Shown: positions 41,259 through 55,200 of the stretch, one piece after another
Numbering within the stretch: position 1 is the first letter of the stretch
How the letters are laid out: the number at the start of each line of letters is the position of its first letter
NCBI GenBank assembly: GCA_963662405.2
Contig: CAXXKT010000001.1
Coordinates: 480,001 to 544,000, forward strand
Source of the DNA: Syntrophales bacterium
Lineage (GTDB): Bacteria > Desulfobacterota > Syntrophia > Syntrophales > UBA2210
DNA length: 64,000 nt
Direction of reading: 5' to 3'
Position numbers and translations under genes: made by a program
Notes under the pieces: generated by a model
What the model was told of the DNA's origin: nothing
What the model saw: only the letters and a program-made list of their open reading frames with translations
Databases searched by the model: none

Positions 41259-41666
41259 CTACACCTTCTCTGCGATCTTCAGCCGGGCCTCCGCCCTGTC
41301 CAGGGATTTCTTGACCTTCTCAAAATCGGGATCATCCTTGCCCATCCCGGCCAGCCGGGTCTCCGCCGCCTCCTTGGCCTTCCTCGCCTCCTCAACAATG
41401 ATGGAGCCGGCCTCCTCGATGGTCTCAACCAAGACGGTCGCCTTGAGCCCCGTCACCTCGGCATATCCCTCCCCGACAAAGTAATATGCCTTCTTATTGT
41501 CCTTCGTATAATTGAGTTCACCAACCTTGATGGAACTCAGAAACGGCACGTGACCGATCAACACTCCAAATTCACCCTCGCTCCCCGGCAATGTCACCTC
41601 CTCGACGACATCACTGAACGCAAGCTTCTCGGGCGTCACTATCTCCAGCATCATTTCATCAGCCAT
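41259..41666 (-). CDS. atpC: ATP synthase epsilon subunit
   Basis: LEIVTPE and GEFGVLIGH motifs. Confidence 0.95.
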   Translation of the reverse strand: MADEMMLEIVTPEKLAFSDVVEEVTLPGSEGEFGVLIGHVPFLSSIKVGELNYTKDNKKAYYFVGEGYAEVTGLKATVLVETIEEAGSIIVEEARKAKEAAETRLAGMGKDDPDFEKVKKSLDRAEARLKIAEKV

Positions 41667-41682
41667 CTACCAATCCTCCGGC

Positions 41683-43131
<1,449 letters not shown>

Positions 43132-44010
43132 CTATCCCTTTGCCGCCAGCGCCTCCGTACCACCCACGATATCCATCAGTTCGGCGGTAATGGCCGCCTG
43201 CCGCGCCCGGTTAAACTGCTGGGTGAGGCTCTGTATCATCTCTTCACAGCTGGTTGTCGCGTTGTCCATCGCGACCATCCTGGCGCCGTGTTCCCCCGCC
43301 GATGTTTCCAAGAGTCCCTTATAGATCAGCACCCGCAGGTACATGGGGATGATATGGGACAGGAGTTCTTCTTCGGAAGGCTCATAGACGTAACCGGCGG
43401 CTGCCTCGGGCTCATCCTCCTCCGAGCCGACAGATGCTGCGGGGAGCAGGCGGACCATGACCGGTCTCTGGACGGCGATATTCCGGAATTCGTTATAACA
43501 GAGGTACAGTTCATCGTATTCTTCCGCGATAAAAGGGGGAATCACCTCTTCGGCAATACGCGTCGCCAGACCGATATCAAATCGGTTCAGCTGGTCTATA
43601 TGCGTACTGCTTATCGGCAGCTTCTTTTTGAAGGAATCCCTCCCCTTCTTGCCGACGGCAACCAGCGAAACATCTTTCCCTTCGGCCTTCCGTGCCTGTG
43701 CGAACTTATCGACTTCCTTAATCACGTTTGTGTTAAATCCGCCGCACAGACCCCGGTCCGACGTCATCACGATCACCTTGATTCTGCCGGTATCGCGCAC
43801 GGCGAGCAGGGGATTCGTGGTCCCCACGACCCTCCCGGCCAGACTGCCGAAGACCTCCATCAGCTTATCCGCATACGGGCGAAAATTCTCCATCTTCGCC
43901 TGCGCAGCCTTCAGCTTTGACGCCGCCACCATGTTCATCGCCCGGGTGATCTGCCGGGTCTTATCAACGGCTATAGATTGTCTCTTTATTTCCTTTAACG
44001 ATGCGCCCAT
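43132..44010 (-). CDS. atpG: ATP synthase gamma subunit
   Basis: SDRGLCG and NRARQAAITAEL motifs. Confidence 0.97.
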   Translation of the reverse strand: MGASLKEIKRQSIAVDKTRQITRAMNMVAASKLKAAQAKMENFRPYADKLMEVFGSLAGRVVGTTNPLLAVRDTGRIKVIVMTSDRGLCGGFNTNVIKEVDKFAQARKAEGKDVSLVAVGKKGRDSFKKKLPISSTHIDQLNRFDIGLATRIAEEVIPPFIAEEYDELYLCYNEFRNIAVQRPVMVRLLPAASVGSEEDEPEAAAGYVYEPSEEELLSHIIPMYLRVLIYKGLLETSAGEHGARMVAMDNATTSCEEMIQSLTQQFNRARQAAITAELMDIVGGTEALAAKG

Positions 44011-44069
44011 GCAAAAACACTCCCCTCTGCTCCGTCCGGATTATACCCTCCGGATACCTGTCTATCTCT

Positions 44070-45584
44070 CTATTCCGCAGTGAAGACGGAATCAAATTCC
44101 GTCAAGACGGCCTTTATCTTGCCGTCCAGCTCGGGGTTCAGCTCCTGCTTTTCATCGATCTCGCTCATGATATCCTGGTGCTTGCTGCCCATGAAGCTCA
44201 GAAGCTGTTTCTCATACTCCTTGATCTTCTCTACGGCGTACTTGTCGATGAACCCCCTGACTCCCGCATACAGCACAACCACCTGCTGTGCCAGCGACAT
44301 GGGTTGATACTGCGGCTGCTTCAGGATCTCGACGAGTCTGCCTCCCCGTTCCAGCTGCGCCTGGGTCGCCTTGTCGAGATCGCTGCCGAACTGCGCGAAG
44401 GAGGCCAGCTCCCGATACTGCGCCAGATCAAGCTTCAGGGTACCGGCGACCTGTTTCATCGCCTTCACCTGCGCCGCGCCACCGACCCGGGAGACCGAGA
44501 TACCGACGTTGATCGCGGGCCTGACACCGGCGTAGAAGAGATCCGGCTCGAGAAAGACCTGACCGTCGGTAATAGAAATAACATTCGTGGGGATAAAGGC
44601 GGAGACGTCCCCGGCCTGGGTCTCGATGATCGGAAGGGCCGTCAGAGAACCGCCCCCCAAGTCTTCACTCACCCGGGCGGCACGCTCAAGGAGCCGCGAG
44701 TGGTTGTAGAAGATGTCCCCGGGATATGCCTCACGTCCGGGTGGACGTCTCAGGAGGAGCGATATCTGCCGGTAAGCCACGGCCTGCTTGGAGAGATCGT
44801 CATAGATGATCAAAGCATCCTGCCCGCTATCCCTGAAGTATTCACCGATGCTGCACCCTCCAAAGGCGGCGATGTACTGCAGCGTTCCGGGGTCGCTCGC
44901 ACAGGCGGAAACGACACAGGTGTAGTCCATGGCATCGTGTTTCCGGAGCGCCTCAACCACCTGCGCCACGGTCGATTTCTTCTGCCCGATGGCAACATAG
45001 ATACATTTGATCCCCGTATCCTTCTGTCGGATGATGGCATCAATACAAATGGCCGTTTTCCCGATCTGACGATCACCGATGATCAGCTCCCGCTGTCCCC
45101 GTCCGATCGGCGTCATCGCGTCTATGGCCTTGAGCCCCGTGTAGACGGGCTGGTTGACCGGCTGCCGCTGGATGACGCCGGGGGCGACCACCTCGATCCT
45201 GCTGTAGGTATCGGTCTCGATAGGGCCTTTTCCGTCAAGGGGAGCTCCCGTGGCATCGATCACCCGACCCAGCACGGCCTCACCAACCGGGATCTGCGCG
45301 ATCTTGCCGGTCCTTTTGACCACATCCCCTTCCTTGATATGTATATCCTCACCCAAGATGGCGACACCGACGTTGTCCCGTTCGAGGTTGAGAACCATTC
45401 CCAGTATGCCGCCGGGGAACTCGAGAAGCTCCATGGCCATGGCATTTTCCACACCGTATACCCGGGCTATGCCGTCGCCGACCGACAGGACGGTCCCGAT
45501 CTCACTGACATCCAGTTTTTTCTCATAATCTTTGATCTGCTTGGAAATTATCCGTGTTATTTCCTCTGCCCTGATTGCATCCAT
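44070..45584 (-). CDS. atpA: ATP synthase alpha subunit
   Basis: GDRQIGKT and [10 protein letters not shown] motifs. Confidence 0.98.
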   Translation of the reverse strand: MDAIRAEEITRIISKQIKDYEKKLDVSEIGTVLSVGDGIARVYGVENAMAMELLEFPGGILGMVLNLERDNVGVAILGEDIHIKEGDVVKRTGKIAQIPVGEAVLGRVIDATGAPLDGKGPIETDTYSRIEVVAPGVIQRQPVNQPVYTGLKAIDAMTPIGRGQRELIIGDRQIGKTAICIDAIIRQKDTGIKCIYVAIGQKKSTVAQVVEALRKHDAMDYTCVVSACASDPGTLQYIAAFGGCSIGEYFRDSGQDALIIYDDLSKQAVAYRQISLLLRRPPGREAYPGDIFYNHSRLLERAARVSEDLGGGSLTALPIIETQAGDVSAFIPTNVISITDGQVFLEPDLFYAGVRPAINVGISVSRVGGAAQVKAMKQVAGTLKLDLAQYRELASFAQFGSDLDKATQAQLERGGRLVEILKQPQYQPMSLAQQVVVLYAGVRGFIDKYAVEKIKEYEKQLLSFMGSKHQDIMSEIDEKQELNPELDGKIKAVLTEFDSVFTAE

Positions 45585-45587
45585 CCC

Positions 45588-46133
45588 TTACATATCCTCC
45601 TTTATGAGTTCCCTTATGCTGTTCAGTTGAGCTCGGACGCTGCCGTCGTACAGGGTATCACCGACCCCTATGACAACACCAGCCAGCAATGATGGATCTT
45701 CATTAATAACCATCTCAACGTTCTTTCCGGTCAGGCCTTCCATCTGTTTCTTGATCCTCACGGACAGCTCACCCGACAGCGGGAATGCCGTTTTTACGTC
45801 AATCCGTACCTTGTTCAAGACATCATCCATATATCTCCGATAACACTCTTCAATCTGTCCGATGGCATTGATTCTCCTCTTGTCCACCAGCAGCTTCAGA
45901 AAATTCGACGTGATGGCCGACACCTTGGTCTCCTTGAGGATATCTCCCATAACGGCCCCTTTGTCGGAACTGTCAAACACCGGGTTGGCAAAGAACTCCG
46001 CCAGGTCCTTACTCCCCTTCAGCAGGGAGGAAAACCCTTTCAGCTCGTCGTATATGGACTCTATCGCATCTTCTTCCTGCGCTATTTCAAACAGCGCCTT
46101 GGCATACCTCTTTGCAATATCGCTTCCAATCAA
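45588..46133 (-). CDS. atpH: ATP synthase delta subunit
   Basis: IAKRYAKAL and DPSLLAG...DGS motifs. Confidence 0.95.
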   Translation of the reverse strand: MIGSDIAKRYAKALFEIAQEEDAIESIYDELKGFSSLLKGSKDLAEFFANPVFDSSDKGAVMGDILKETKVSAITSNFLKLLVDKRRINAIGQIEECYRRYMDDVLNKVRIDVKTAFPLSGELSVRIKKQMEGLTGKNVEMVINEDPSLLAGVVIGVGDTLYDGSVRAQLNSIRELIKEDM

Positions 46134-46693
46134 TTTCGGGTCACCATCCTATCTAAGAAGTCGTTGACCATCTTCTCGTGATCGTGTGCCTTTACATTCT
46201 TTTCGAGGATCTCTTCGGCCATGGCGACGGACAGTTCCGTCGCTTCTTTCCTGAGTTGGAGAAGGGCCCTCTTGTAATCCTGCTCGATCCGGGCCTCCGA
46301 ATCTTCCTTCATCTTGGCAGCGGCGCGTTTTGCCTCTTCTATGATCTTTTCTTTCTCCGCGTGCCCTTGCGCCTTGATCATATCTGAGATACCGTCAATC
46401 TCAGCAGTGGCCTTGTCCAGCTTAGCGGCGTGTTCCGCCAGTCTTTTCTCCGCATCTTCTTTCGCCGCTACCGCCTCGTCCAGCGAATTTTTCACGGAGG
46501 CACGATCGCCGACAAAAAAGTTCGCGATCGCCTTGGCTGAGAATTTGTAGATAACGGCGGCCAGGATGGCAAAATTGAGGATCCTCCACCAGAAATCCCC
46601 CATGCCACCTTCATGCGCCTCACCACCTCCCGATGCATACGCAAGCGCGGGGACTAAGGAGCACAGTAACAGGGTAACAAGAAATCGCTTCAT
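46130..46693 (-). CDS. atpF: ATP synthase b subunit
   Basis: WRILNFAIL TM followed by a coiled coil. Confidence 0.9.
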   Translation of the reverse strand: MKRFLVTLLLCSLVPALAYASGGGEAHEGGMGDFWWRILNFAILAAVIYKFSAKAIANFFVGDRASVKNSLDEAVAAKEDAEKRLAEHAAKLDKATAEIDGISDMIKAQGHAEKEKIIEEAKRAAAKMKEDSEARIEQDYKRALLQLRKEATELSVAMAEEILEKNVKAHDHEKMVNDFLDRMVTRN

Positions 46694-47118
46694 TGGACAC
46701 TCCTTCCCAGCACCTTTTCTGAAATCTCGCTCGCTATCATCCGTGTCTGCTCTCGAAGGGATACCCGGGCCTCGTCCGTTTCCTTTTGCAATTGCGCCTT
46801 AAACCCTTCCAGTTTTGTTGAGATTTCTTCACGTACCTGACCGATGATCACCTTGCCCTGCTCCGCCCCCTCTTCCTTGATCGCATCTCTCTGCGAGGCG
46901 GCCTCAGCCCGTGCCTGGCGGATCTTTTCCTCGTACTCGTTCATCTTCCGCTCGATCGTCTCATCGAGAGACCGGACCTTCCCCTTCGACTCCTCAATTT
47001 TCTGATTTCTTTTTTCGATGATTTTCAAGACGGGTCTGTAAAGAAGGAAATTCAAGACAAGAATCAACACGAGGAAGTTGGCCATCTGAATCCAAACTGT
47101 GTAATTCAGCTCTACCAT
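46690..47118 (-). CDS. ATP synthase b' subunit
   Basis: IQMANFLVLILVLNFLLYRP TM followed by a coiled coil. Confidence 0.9.
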   Translation of the reverse strand: MVELNYTVWIQMANFLVLILVLNFLLYRPVLKIIEKRNQKIEESKGKVRSLDETIERKMNEYEEKIRQARAEAASQRDAIKEEGAEQGKVIIGQVREEISTKLEGFKAQLQKETDEARVSLREQTRMIASEISEKVLGRSVQ

Positions 47119-47354
47119 TACCGCTCACCATCCCTTGAGTTACTCTATTCAAAAAAACCGTCAACGCCACTATCCATGCCGCTTACCTGCAGGACACCAT
47201 CACTCACTTCCCACGCCCCTCCAAACGCCGCCCGCGCAGGCCGGTGAGTACTAACCATAACTCCAGGACCTTGTCAAGTTTTTTTTGACCGGCGGTCATA
47301 ACTTTTTACCCCGGGTTGACGTCTTGGAGGAAAGTATATCATTTCTCCTCATTA

Positions 47355-47759
47355 TCAACAGGATAGGTCCTTTTGGTCTGCCGTTGGTTTCTCTGAATTC
47401 TCCCCTGAATCAGCGCCTCCCGACATTCGACACGCCCCATCGATCACCGCCCCCTCCCGCACCACCAGGAGAGATGTCTTGAGATTGCCTTTCAGCTTTC
47501 CGGTGGTCGCAATCTCCGTTTTCTCTTTGATATCAAGGTTACCCCTCACTTCACCGGAGATCATGATACTATCAACGGCAATATCCGCTTCGACATAGGC
47601 ACCTTCCCCGATGATCAATGTCCCGCTCCCGAGGGCCTCTCCTCGAAATTCCCCATCGATCCGTACCGATCCGCTCAGGATCAGTTTTCCGTTGAACTCC
47701 GCACCTCTCCCGAGAAAGGCCTTTACATCCCCGCCGATCTCTTTTCTTTTATCAGCCAT
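47355..47759 (-). CDS. bactofilin (polymer-forming cytoskeletal protein)
   Basis: FNGKL...VRIDGEFRG...IIGEGAYVEADI beta-helix pattern. Confidence 0.9.
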   Translation of the reverse strand: MADKRKEIGGDVKAFLGRGAEFNGKLILSGSVRIDGEFRGEALGSGTLIIGEGAYVEADIAVDSIMISGEVRGNLDIKEKTEIATTGKLKGNLKTSLLVVREGAVIDGACRMSGGADSGENSEKPTADQKDLSC

Positions 47760-47858
47760 CCACCCGCTCCTCTCTTTACTCTCCTGTTTGAACATATGAT
47801 AAAGGAAACCCTTCTGTCGCCCCACTGTTTTTAAGTTATTCCTCACACCACTGAACCA

Positions 47859-48962
47859 TCATGGCTGGAGGATAAATCGCCTCATACTGACATTCATCAA
47901 GAGTCCCGCCCCCATCATCAGGACAACCATCGAAGAACCTCCGTAGCTGAGAAAGGGAAGGGGTATCCCCACGACCGGGAATATCCCCAGGACCATGCCG
48001 ATATTGATAAATATACCCCAGAAAATGAACATCGTCACCCCGAAAGCCAAGAGGGCACCCGGCAGGTCCCGGGCATTTTGCGTAATCTTGAGGCACCACA
48101 GTATCAGGGCGAGAAACAGGAACATCAGGATGACCACCCCGACAAATCCCCATTCCTCGGCGAAAACGGAAAAAGCAAAGTCCGTCTGTTGCTCAGGCAG
48201 AAATTTGAGCTGGGTCTGGGTCCCCTTCAGGAATCCTTTTCCACAGAGGCTCCCGGAACCGACGGCGATAATGGACTGGATGATGTGATATCCCGTACCG
48301 AGTGGATCGCGTTCCGGGTTCAGAAAGGTGAGGATCCGTTCTTTTTGATAGTCTTTCAGGAAAAACCAGCACAGGGGAGCAAGGATGACGCCGCTTACGC
48401 TACCCCATATAAGAAGCCTTCTGCCCACCCCGGCAAAGATCACGACGGAACCGAAGATGGCGACGAGGAACATGGCGGTGCCCAGGTCCGGTTGGCACAC
48501 TATCATGGAAAACGGTAGCCCCACAATACCAACCAGCATACAAATATTCCTCACCGTATACCCTTGATGCGCGGTATCGTTGAAATATCGTGCAAGGACA
48601 ACGATCAGGACCAGTTTCATCAGTTCCGAAGGCTGGAAGGAAAATCCCCAGAGGATAAGCCACCGCTGTGACCCATGCGTCATAGTACCGTACAGGAGCA
48701 CGAGAAACAGGAATGCGAGCGCGATCAGGTATATCAGATAGGCGTGCCGTATGATGGTGTGGTAATCGACACTGAAGGTCACGATCATCATGACAAGCCC
48801 CACGAGGAGCCAGTATGTCTGTTTCACGTAGAAGGGTTCTCCCCGCACGGATATGTTATGACCGGCGCTGTAAATATTCAGGATACCGACGGCACTGATG
48901 AAAATCACGAGCCCAAGGAAAACCCAATCGAAATTGATGAACAACCGGCGATCGATCTTCAT
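47859..48962 (-). CDS. rodA: rod shape-determining protein RodA
   Basis: QPSELMK, QPDLGT and GIPLPFLSYGGSS motifs. Confidence 0.96.
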   Translation of the reverse strand: MKIDRRLFINFDWVFLGLVIFISAVGILNIYSAGHNISVRGEPFYVKQTYWLLVGLVMMIVTFSVDYHTIIRHAYLIYLIALAFLFLVLLYGTMTHGSQRWLILWGFSFQPSELMKLVLIVVLARYFNDTAHQGYTVRNICMLVGIVGLPFSMIVCQPDLGTAMFLVAIFGSVVIFAGVGRRLLIWGSVSGVILAPLCWFFLKDYQKERILTFLNPERDPLGTGYHIIQSIIAVGSGSLCGKGFLKGTQTQLKFLPEQQTDFAFSVFAEEWGFVGVVILMFLFLALILWCLKITQNARDLPGALLAFGVTMFIFWGIFINIGMVLGIFPVVGIPLPFLSYGGSSMVVLMMGAGLLMNVSMRRFILQP

Positions 48963-50812
48963 CCTCGCTGCCTTTTTTGTTGAAGAGTAAAATATTGATC
49001 GATAATCCTGCGCGCGATGGGCGCGGCCGTCGATCCGCCATGCCCCCCGTGTTCCACAACGACCAAAACAGCGATCTGAGGATCTTGGTATGGCGCGAAG
49101 CAGACGAAGAGGGCATGATCCCGGTAACGGTACGGGATATCATCCGGATCGGGCTGCTCTTCCTCATCCTTCTTGAGGGCTATCACCTGTGCGGTTCCCG
49201 TCTTTCCACACACATCCCCCTCCTCTCGCTTCAATGCCCAACCCGTGCCGTGGGGTTCATTGACGACGCCCCACAAGGCGCTCCTCAGGATATCCATATT
49301 TTTTTTGCTGATGGGAAGCACTCGTTCCGGTATAGGGGAGGATTCGGCAATCATTCGCCCATCCTCCGTTTCAATCCTCTTGACCAATTGCGGCTTATAG
49401 AGAGTCCCCCCATTTGCGAGCGCACAATAGGCCCTGACGAGCTGGAGGGGAGTTACCAGGGAAAACCCCTGCCCTATGGACAGAGAAGTGGTTTCCCCCT
49501 TCTGCCACGGCTCTCCGAATCTGTCCGATTTCCAGCGCTTCGTAGGAACCAGGCCTCCCTTCTCACCGGGAAGCGAGATACCGGTTTTAGAGCCGAACCC
49601 AAATGCTTCGGCATATTCCGCCAGCTTATCGACACCAAGCATCTCCCCGAGATGATAAAAATACACATCGCACGACTCAACAATGGCACGATGGAGATCA
49701 ACGGTACCATGACCACCCTTTTTCCAACACCGGAATGTTCGATCTCCCATCTGATAGGTGCCGTCGCACACGATGTTGGTATCTTCCGTTATCAGGCCCT
49801 CCTCAAGAGCGGCGGCCGCGACAACCAGCTTATAGGTGGAACCCGGAGGATATTGACCTGAAATGGCCCTGTTCTGCAATGGACACAGGAAATTGGTTGT
49901 CAATTCTCGCCACCGTTCTCCTGAGATTCCACGATTGAACAGGTTCGGATCGAAGGACGGCTTGCTCACCATCGCCATGATAGCACCGGTATGAGGATCC
50001 ATAGCAATCACGGCCCCGGCTTTTTCCTGAAAGGCATCCCAGCATATTTTCTGAAGCTCGGAGTTCACATTGAGAACGACATTATCCCCGGAAACCGGAT
50101 CTACCTTCCCCAGGACACCCAATCTCCGCCCGGCTGCATCGACCTCTATCTGTTCTCCGCCGCTTTTTCCCTTGAGGGATCCATCCAAGTACTTTTCAAT
50201 TCCGTATTTTCCGACGATATCATCCGCCCGATAGGCAGCAAGCACCGCCTTTTCCAATTCGAAAGGGCTTATCTCCCCCACATACCCAAGCATATGTGCC
50301 ATCATCTCTCCATAGAGATACTCCCGCACCGGCACGACATCGACAACGACACCGGGGAGGTTGAGGGAATGCGTCTCCACCACCGCCAGTTTATCCCTGC
50401 TGATATTCCGTGCAATCTTCACCGGAACAAAGGGTTTCCCGGACCTGAGAAAGGCCTTTTCAACAAAGAGGCCATCGGATTCCCAACGGCAGAGTTTTCC
50501 CAGGCTGTCTTTGATTCCACCAACATCTTTTACGATTTCAGGGATGATGGATAGATCAAAGGAGGATTGATTGTCCACCAGGATATCCCCATCGGTCCCC
50601 ATTATCAAACCCCTGAGCGGCTTTATTTCCTGGATACGAATCCGGTTGTTTTCAGAACGCTCTCTGAGGTGCTCTCCCTTGATTACCTGAAGATACCACA
50701 TCCGGGCTATCAGCAGGAAAAAGGCGAGCAGTATACACCCCGTAAAGGCACGGATTTTGTTCCTGAACTGCTGCGGGTCATAATTCGCCAGGTGATTTCG
50801 ATTCCCAAACAC
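48959..50812 (-). CDS. mrdA: penicillin-binding protein 2
   Basis: PGSTYK, SCD and KTGTAQ motifs. Confidence 0.96.
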   Translation of the reverse strand: MFGNRNHLANYDPQQFRNKIRAFTGCILLAFFLLIARMWYLQVIKGEHLRERSENNRIRIQEIKPLRGLIMGTDGDILVDNQSSFDLSIIPEIVKDVGGIKDSLGKLCRWESDGLFVEKAFLRSGKPFVPVKIARNISRDKLAVVETHSLNLPGVVVDVVPVREYLYGEMMAHMLGYVGEISPFELEKAVLAAYRADDIVGKYGIEKYLDGSLKGKSGGEQIEVDAAGRRLGVLGKVDPVSGDNVVLNVNSELQKICWDAFQEKAGAVIAMDPHTGAIMAMVSKPSFDPNLFNRGISGERWRELTTNFLCPLQNRAISGQYPPGSTYKLVVAAAALEEGLITEDTNIVCDGTYQMGDRTFRCWKKGGHGTVDLHRAIVESCDVYFYHLGEMLGVDKLAEYAEAFGFGSKTGISLPGEKGGLVPTKRWKSDRFGEPWQKGETTSLSIGQGFSLVTPLQLVRAYCALANGGTLYKPQLVKRIETEDGRMIAESSPIPERVLPISKKNMDILRSALWGVVNEPHGTGWALKREEGDVCGKTGTAQVIALKKDEEEQPDPDDIPYRYRDHALFVCFAPYQDPQIAVLVVVEHGGHGGSTAAPIARRIIDQYFTLQQKRQRG

Positions 50813-51290
50813 TCAGCACAACCTCAATACGACTGAACAGCGCAAAAAAGACCGGTGCCAGCATACCGGTAACGAGGGCCTGAAGCCATGAAACACCCCA
50901 TATATCATACAACACCGGTATGCCAAATAGTACCTCATAGACAAAGATGATCAGGCCCTTTTCAAGAAATACGCTCAAAACCGTAAAAGCCGTGGCAAAG
51001 ATCATCCCCCCCACATACGCCCTGAATGAGACAAAACTGGCAATCAGGAATATCAAAAGGTAACTGACGACAAAGAAACCGGGAACGACACCGGTGATAC
51101 AGTCCATACAATACCCCAGGACAATCGACAAGACCCCTCCCCGGAAAATGCTCAGGTAAAATCCGGCATATATAACCAGTATTACCGATATCTCCGGGGT
51201 CGCTTTTCCCAGAAATAACACGTCGAAGACACTGATCTGGATGGTCAACACAAGCAGGGAAAAAATCGGCAGGAGGAGGTAGTATATCAT
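50778..51290 (-). CDS. mreD: rod shape-determining protein MreD
   Basis: Hydrophobic 170-aa protein between mreC and mrdA. Confidence 0.8.
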   Translation of the reverse strand: MIYYLLLPIFSLLVLTIQISVFDVLFLGKATPEISVILVIYAGFYLSIFRGGVLSIVLGYCMDCITGVVPGFFVVSYLLIFLIASFVSFRAYVGGMIFATAFTVLSVFLEKGLIIFVYEVLFGIPVLYDIWGVSWLQALVTGMLAPVFFALFSRIEVVLSVWESKSPGEL

Positions 51291-52114
51291 TGACCCTCCT
51301 TCGGCTTCTTGACGATCACCAGCACCTCTTCCAGTCTGGTAATGTCAAGTGTCGGATTCACCATTATTCTCTGGAAAAGATCGGCCTCTTTTTTCTCGGC
51401 TTCCTCGACTATCCCGAGAAGCAACCCTTTGGGAAATACACCGGCAAGACCCGAAGACACAACCACATCGCCCTTTCTTACGTCATCGGATCTCTGGACA
51501 TATTTCAACTCACACCCGCGACTGCCGGCCCCCTGAAGCACGCCCTGGGACCTGTTCCGCTGGATCAAGGCATCGATATTGCTGTTATAATCCACCAGGA
51601 GCAGGGCCTTGGAGACATTCCACGAAACATCCACCACCCTCCCGACGACGCCCCCCGTCCCGATAACCGGAGTACCCGCTTCTATCCCGTCGGCGGTCCC
51701 CTTATCGATCAAGACCGTCTGGAAAACAGACGATCTGTCTTTCCCGACCACCCGGGCGGCAATTGACGAAAATGCAAGGGTGGCCTTCATCTCCATCAGC
51801 CTCCGCAGACGGAGACATTCAAGGGACATCTCACGGTGCTTATTGATTTCCTCTGTCAGAACTGCAACTTTCTGTTCCAATTCCCTGTTTTTTTCCCTGA
51901 TCCCCACCAAGAGGACATACTGTTTCCATTGTGTACCGACGGCGCCAAGCGCTGAATTGAACACACTCCCAAGCGGAACCGCCACCTCCAAGATGATTTT
52001 CTTGAAGATACCCGTTTTTTCTGGTGACTTATAATAACTGGAAAAGCTTATGCCGAAAACCGTGACAAGGACAAGCAATGCGATGACGGTGTTTGATCTT
52101 TTCGGAGACGCCAT
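51287..52114 (-). CDS. mreC: rod shape-determining protein MreC
   Basis: IDKGTADGI, GVVGRV and SGLAGVFPKG motifs. Confidence 0.94.
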   Translation of the reverse strand: MASPKRSNTVIALLVLVTVFGISFSSYYKSPEKTGIFKKIILEVAVPLGSVFNSALGAVGTQWKQYVLLVGIREKNRELEQKVAVLTEEINKHREMSLECLRLRRLMEMKATLAFSSIAARVVGKDRSSVFQTVLIDKGTADGIEAGTPVIGTGGVVGRVVDVSWNVSKALLLVDYNSNIDALIQRNRSQGVLQGAGSRGCELKYVQRSDDVRKGDVVVSSGLAGVFPKGLLLGIVEEAEKKEADLFQRIMVNPTLDITRLEEVLVIVKKPKEGQ

Positions 52115-52220
52115 TTTTCCCTTCTTGCGCGCCGACACCCAGGGCAACGAACTGAGAAACACATGAATGACACAAACCTGGTTCTCGGAAAAGAGAAGGT
52201 ATAATCAGCCGGGACGACGA

Positions 52221-53294
<1,074 letters not shown>

Positions 53295-53595
53295 TTATAC
53301 AGTATTTCCATAACCTAATCAATTAAAAACAACTTCTTCGCAAAGGGAGGCATGAACAACTGCCATGAGGAGAGTAACGGGGACGATGTTCCTTCCGTCA
53401 AGGAGGTGTCACCGTCGCCCTCCCCCCTCCTGCCGACCGATATCACGAGAGCCCGGTATTGTTTCGAATCGGTTTTATATTATTGCCATATCCGGTATGT
53501 TTGTTGCCCCTATCATTCCCCAGAAAAGTATTGCATTTTGTCTGGCACTATACTACTAAAGCAACTCATTAACCTGAAAGGCAGAGAGTGAACAT

Positions 53596-55197
53596 ATGCT
53601 CCAACTGATGAGGAAACATGCCAGAAACTGGCTCATGAAGGTCGTCCTCGGTATTATTATCGTTGTCTTCGTATTCTACTTCGGCTCCATGCGGGGGCGG
53701 CAGGCTACCGAAACAGTCGCCTTACTGGATGGCTCACAGATAGCGTACGCGAATTTCAGAACGGAATATCAGAATCTGCTCGATTTCTACCGCCAGCAAT
53801 ACGGGGAATACCTGACCGACGATTTGATCAAGAAGATCAATATCAAGCAGCAGGCATTCGACAACATCGTCAATAAGGCGATCATCCTGTCAAAGGCCGA
53901 CGAGCTGAAGCTGGACATCAGCGATAACGAACTCAAGACAGCCATTTTTTCCTATCCGGCCTTTCAGCGGAACGGCGTCTTCGACAGCGATCTGTACCAG
54001 CGCGCCCTTCGCTATCAGCGGATGACTCCGGAAACGTTCGAGGCATCGCAACGCGAGGCCATGAAGATCGGGAAGATTGAGCAGATCATCAGAGAATCGG
54101 CAAAGGTATCGGAAGAGGAAGTGTATGAAATATACCAACTCCAGAGCAGGGAGATCACCCTGGATTTCATACGAATCCCCATAGACAGCGTCACCACGAC
54201 GGAAAACCCGCCCGAGGAGGCACTGGAGGCATACCTTGAAGGGCATGCCGAGGACTTTCGGATCCCCCCGACGGCAACGATCGAATACATCCCTTTCACG
54301 GGGGAAGCCTTCACCGAAACCGCCGACATATCGGACAATGAGATAGAGGACTACTACGAGTACAACAAAGACGAATTTACCACGGGTGAAACAACGAAAC
54401 CCCTGGCCGAGGTACGGGAAGAAATCGTCGCGAAACTGGCATCGATTCAGGGAATGGATCAGGCCTTTGAAGAAGCAACAACGGCACACGATACGATCTA
54501 TCAAGAGGACAATTTCGAGGAATACGCCACAAAGCGGGGGCTTAAAATCGAGTCCGCCGAGCTTGCCCGCAACGCCCCCCTCACCGGTCGGCTTGCCGGT
54601 GTTCAGGACGACCTGGGCAATTACGTATTCAGCCTGCAAGAGGGTGATCTTGGACACGTTTTTTCCGACAAGGAGGGGTATTACGTCTTCAGGGTCGCTT
54701 CACTGAAGCCGACCCGTATCCCCGCGCTTCGAGAGGTTGTGAAAGAGGTGCAAGAAAGCTATATCCTGACACAGGCCGCACAGGCAAGCAAGACGAAGGC
54801 CGACGATATTCTCCGCCGTCTCAGGGATGGAGCGGATATGGCGAAGGTCGCACAGAAAGAGGGACTGACGATTGGCGAAACCGGCCTGTTTCTCCCCGGA
54901 CCCGAGATCCCTCAAATCGGCTATTCTCCGGACATGGGAAAGACCCTCTTTGAACTATCGGGAGAAAAGCCCTATCCGAACAGGATCTTCCTTATCGAAG
55001 GGAATTATGTGATTGCCAAGTTTCGAGGGAAGAGCATGCCGGACGAGGAAGACTGGAAGGCCAAGAAGGACTCACTGAAGCGGGATATCCTGAGCATGAA
55101 AGAACAGCAGTACTTTCTCTCGTGGGTGGAGAAAATGAGGAAAACAATGATCGACGAGGGACGATTGAAGATCCTCAAGAGGCTGGAAGACCTGTAA
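53596..55197 (+). CDS. ppiD: SurA_N-domain membrane-anchored chaperone (PpiD-like)
   Basis: MLQLMRKH + TM; PAFQRNGVFD...Y...L; the parvulin region appears shortened. Confidence 0.8.
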   Translation: MLQLMRKHARNWLMKVVLGIIIVVFVFYFGSMRGRQATETVALLDGSQIAYANFRTEYQNLLDFYRQQYGEYLTDDLIKKINIKQQAFDNIVNKAIILSKADELKLDISDNELKTAIFSYPAFQRNGVFDSDLYQRALRYQRMTPETFEASQREAMKIGKIEQIIRESAKVSEEEVYEIYQLQSREITLDFIRIPIDSVTTTENPPEEALEAYLEGHAEDFRIPPTATIEYIPFTGEAFTETADISDNEIEDYYEYNKDEFTTGETTKPLAEVREEIVAKLASIQGMDQAFEEATTAHDTIYQEDNFEEYATKRGLKIESAELARNAPLTGRLAGVQDDLGNYVFSLQEGDLGHVFSDKEGYYVFRVASLKPTRIPALREVVKEVQESYILTQAAQASKTKADDILRRLRDGADMAKVAQKEGLTIGETGLFLPGPEIPQIGYSPDMGKTLFELSGEKPYPNRIFLIEGNYVIAKFRGKSMPDEEDWKAKKDSLKRDILSMKEQQYFLSWVEKMRKTMIDEGRLKILKRLEDL

Positions 55198-55200
55198 CCC

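Noticed and set aside
44001..45692. 563-aa plus-strand ORF (likewise 26738-28477, 58445-59761 and 1584-2795)
   Set aside because: Antisense shadows of atpA, alaS, polA and rne.
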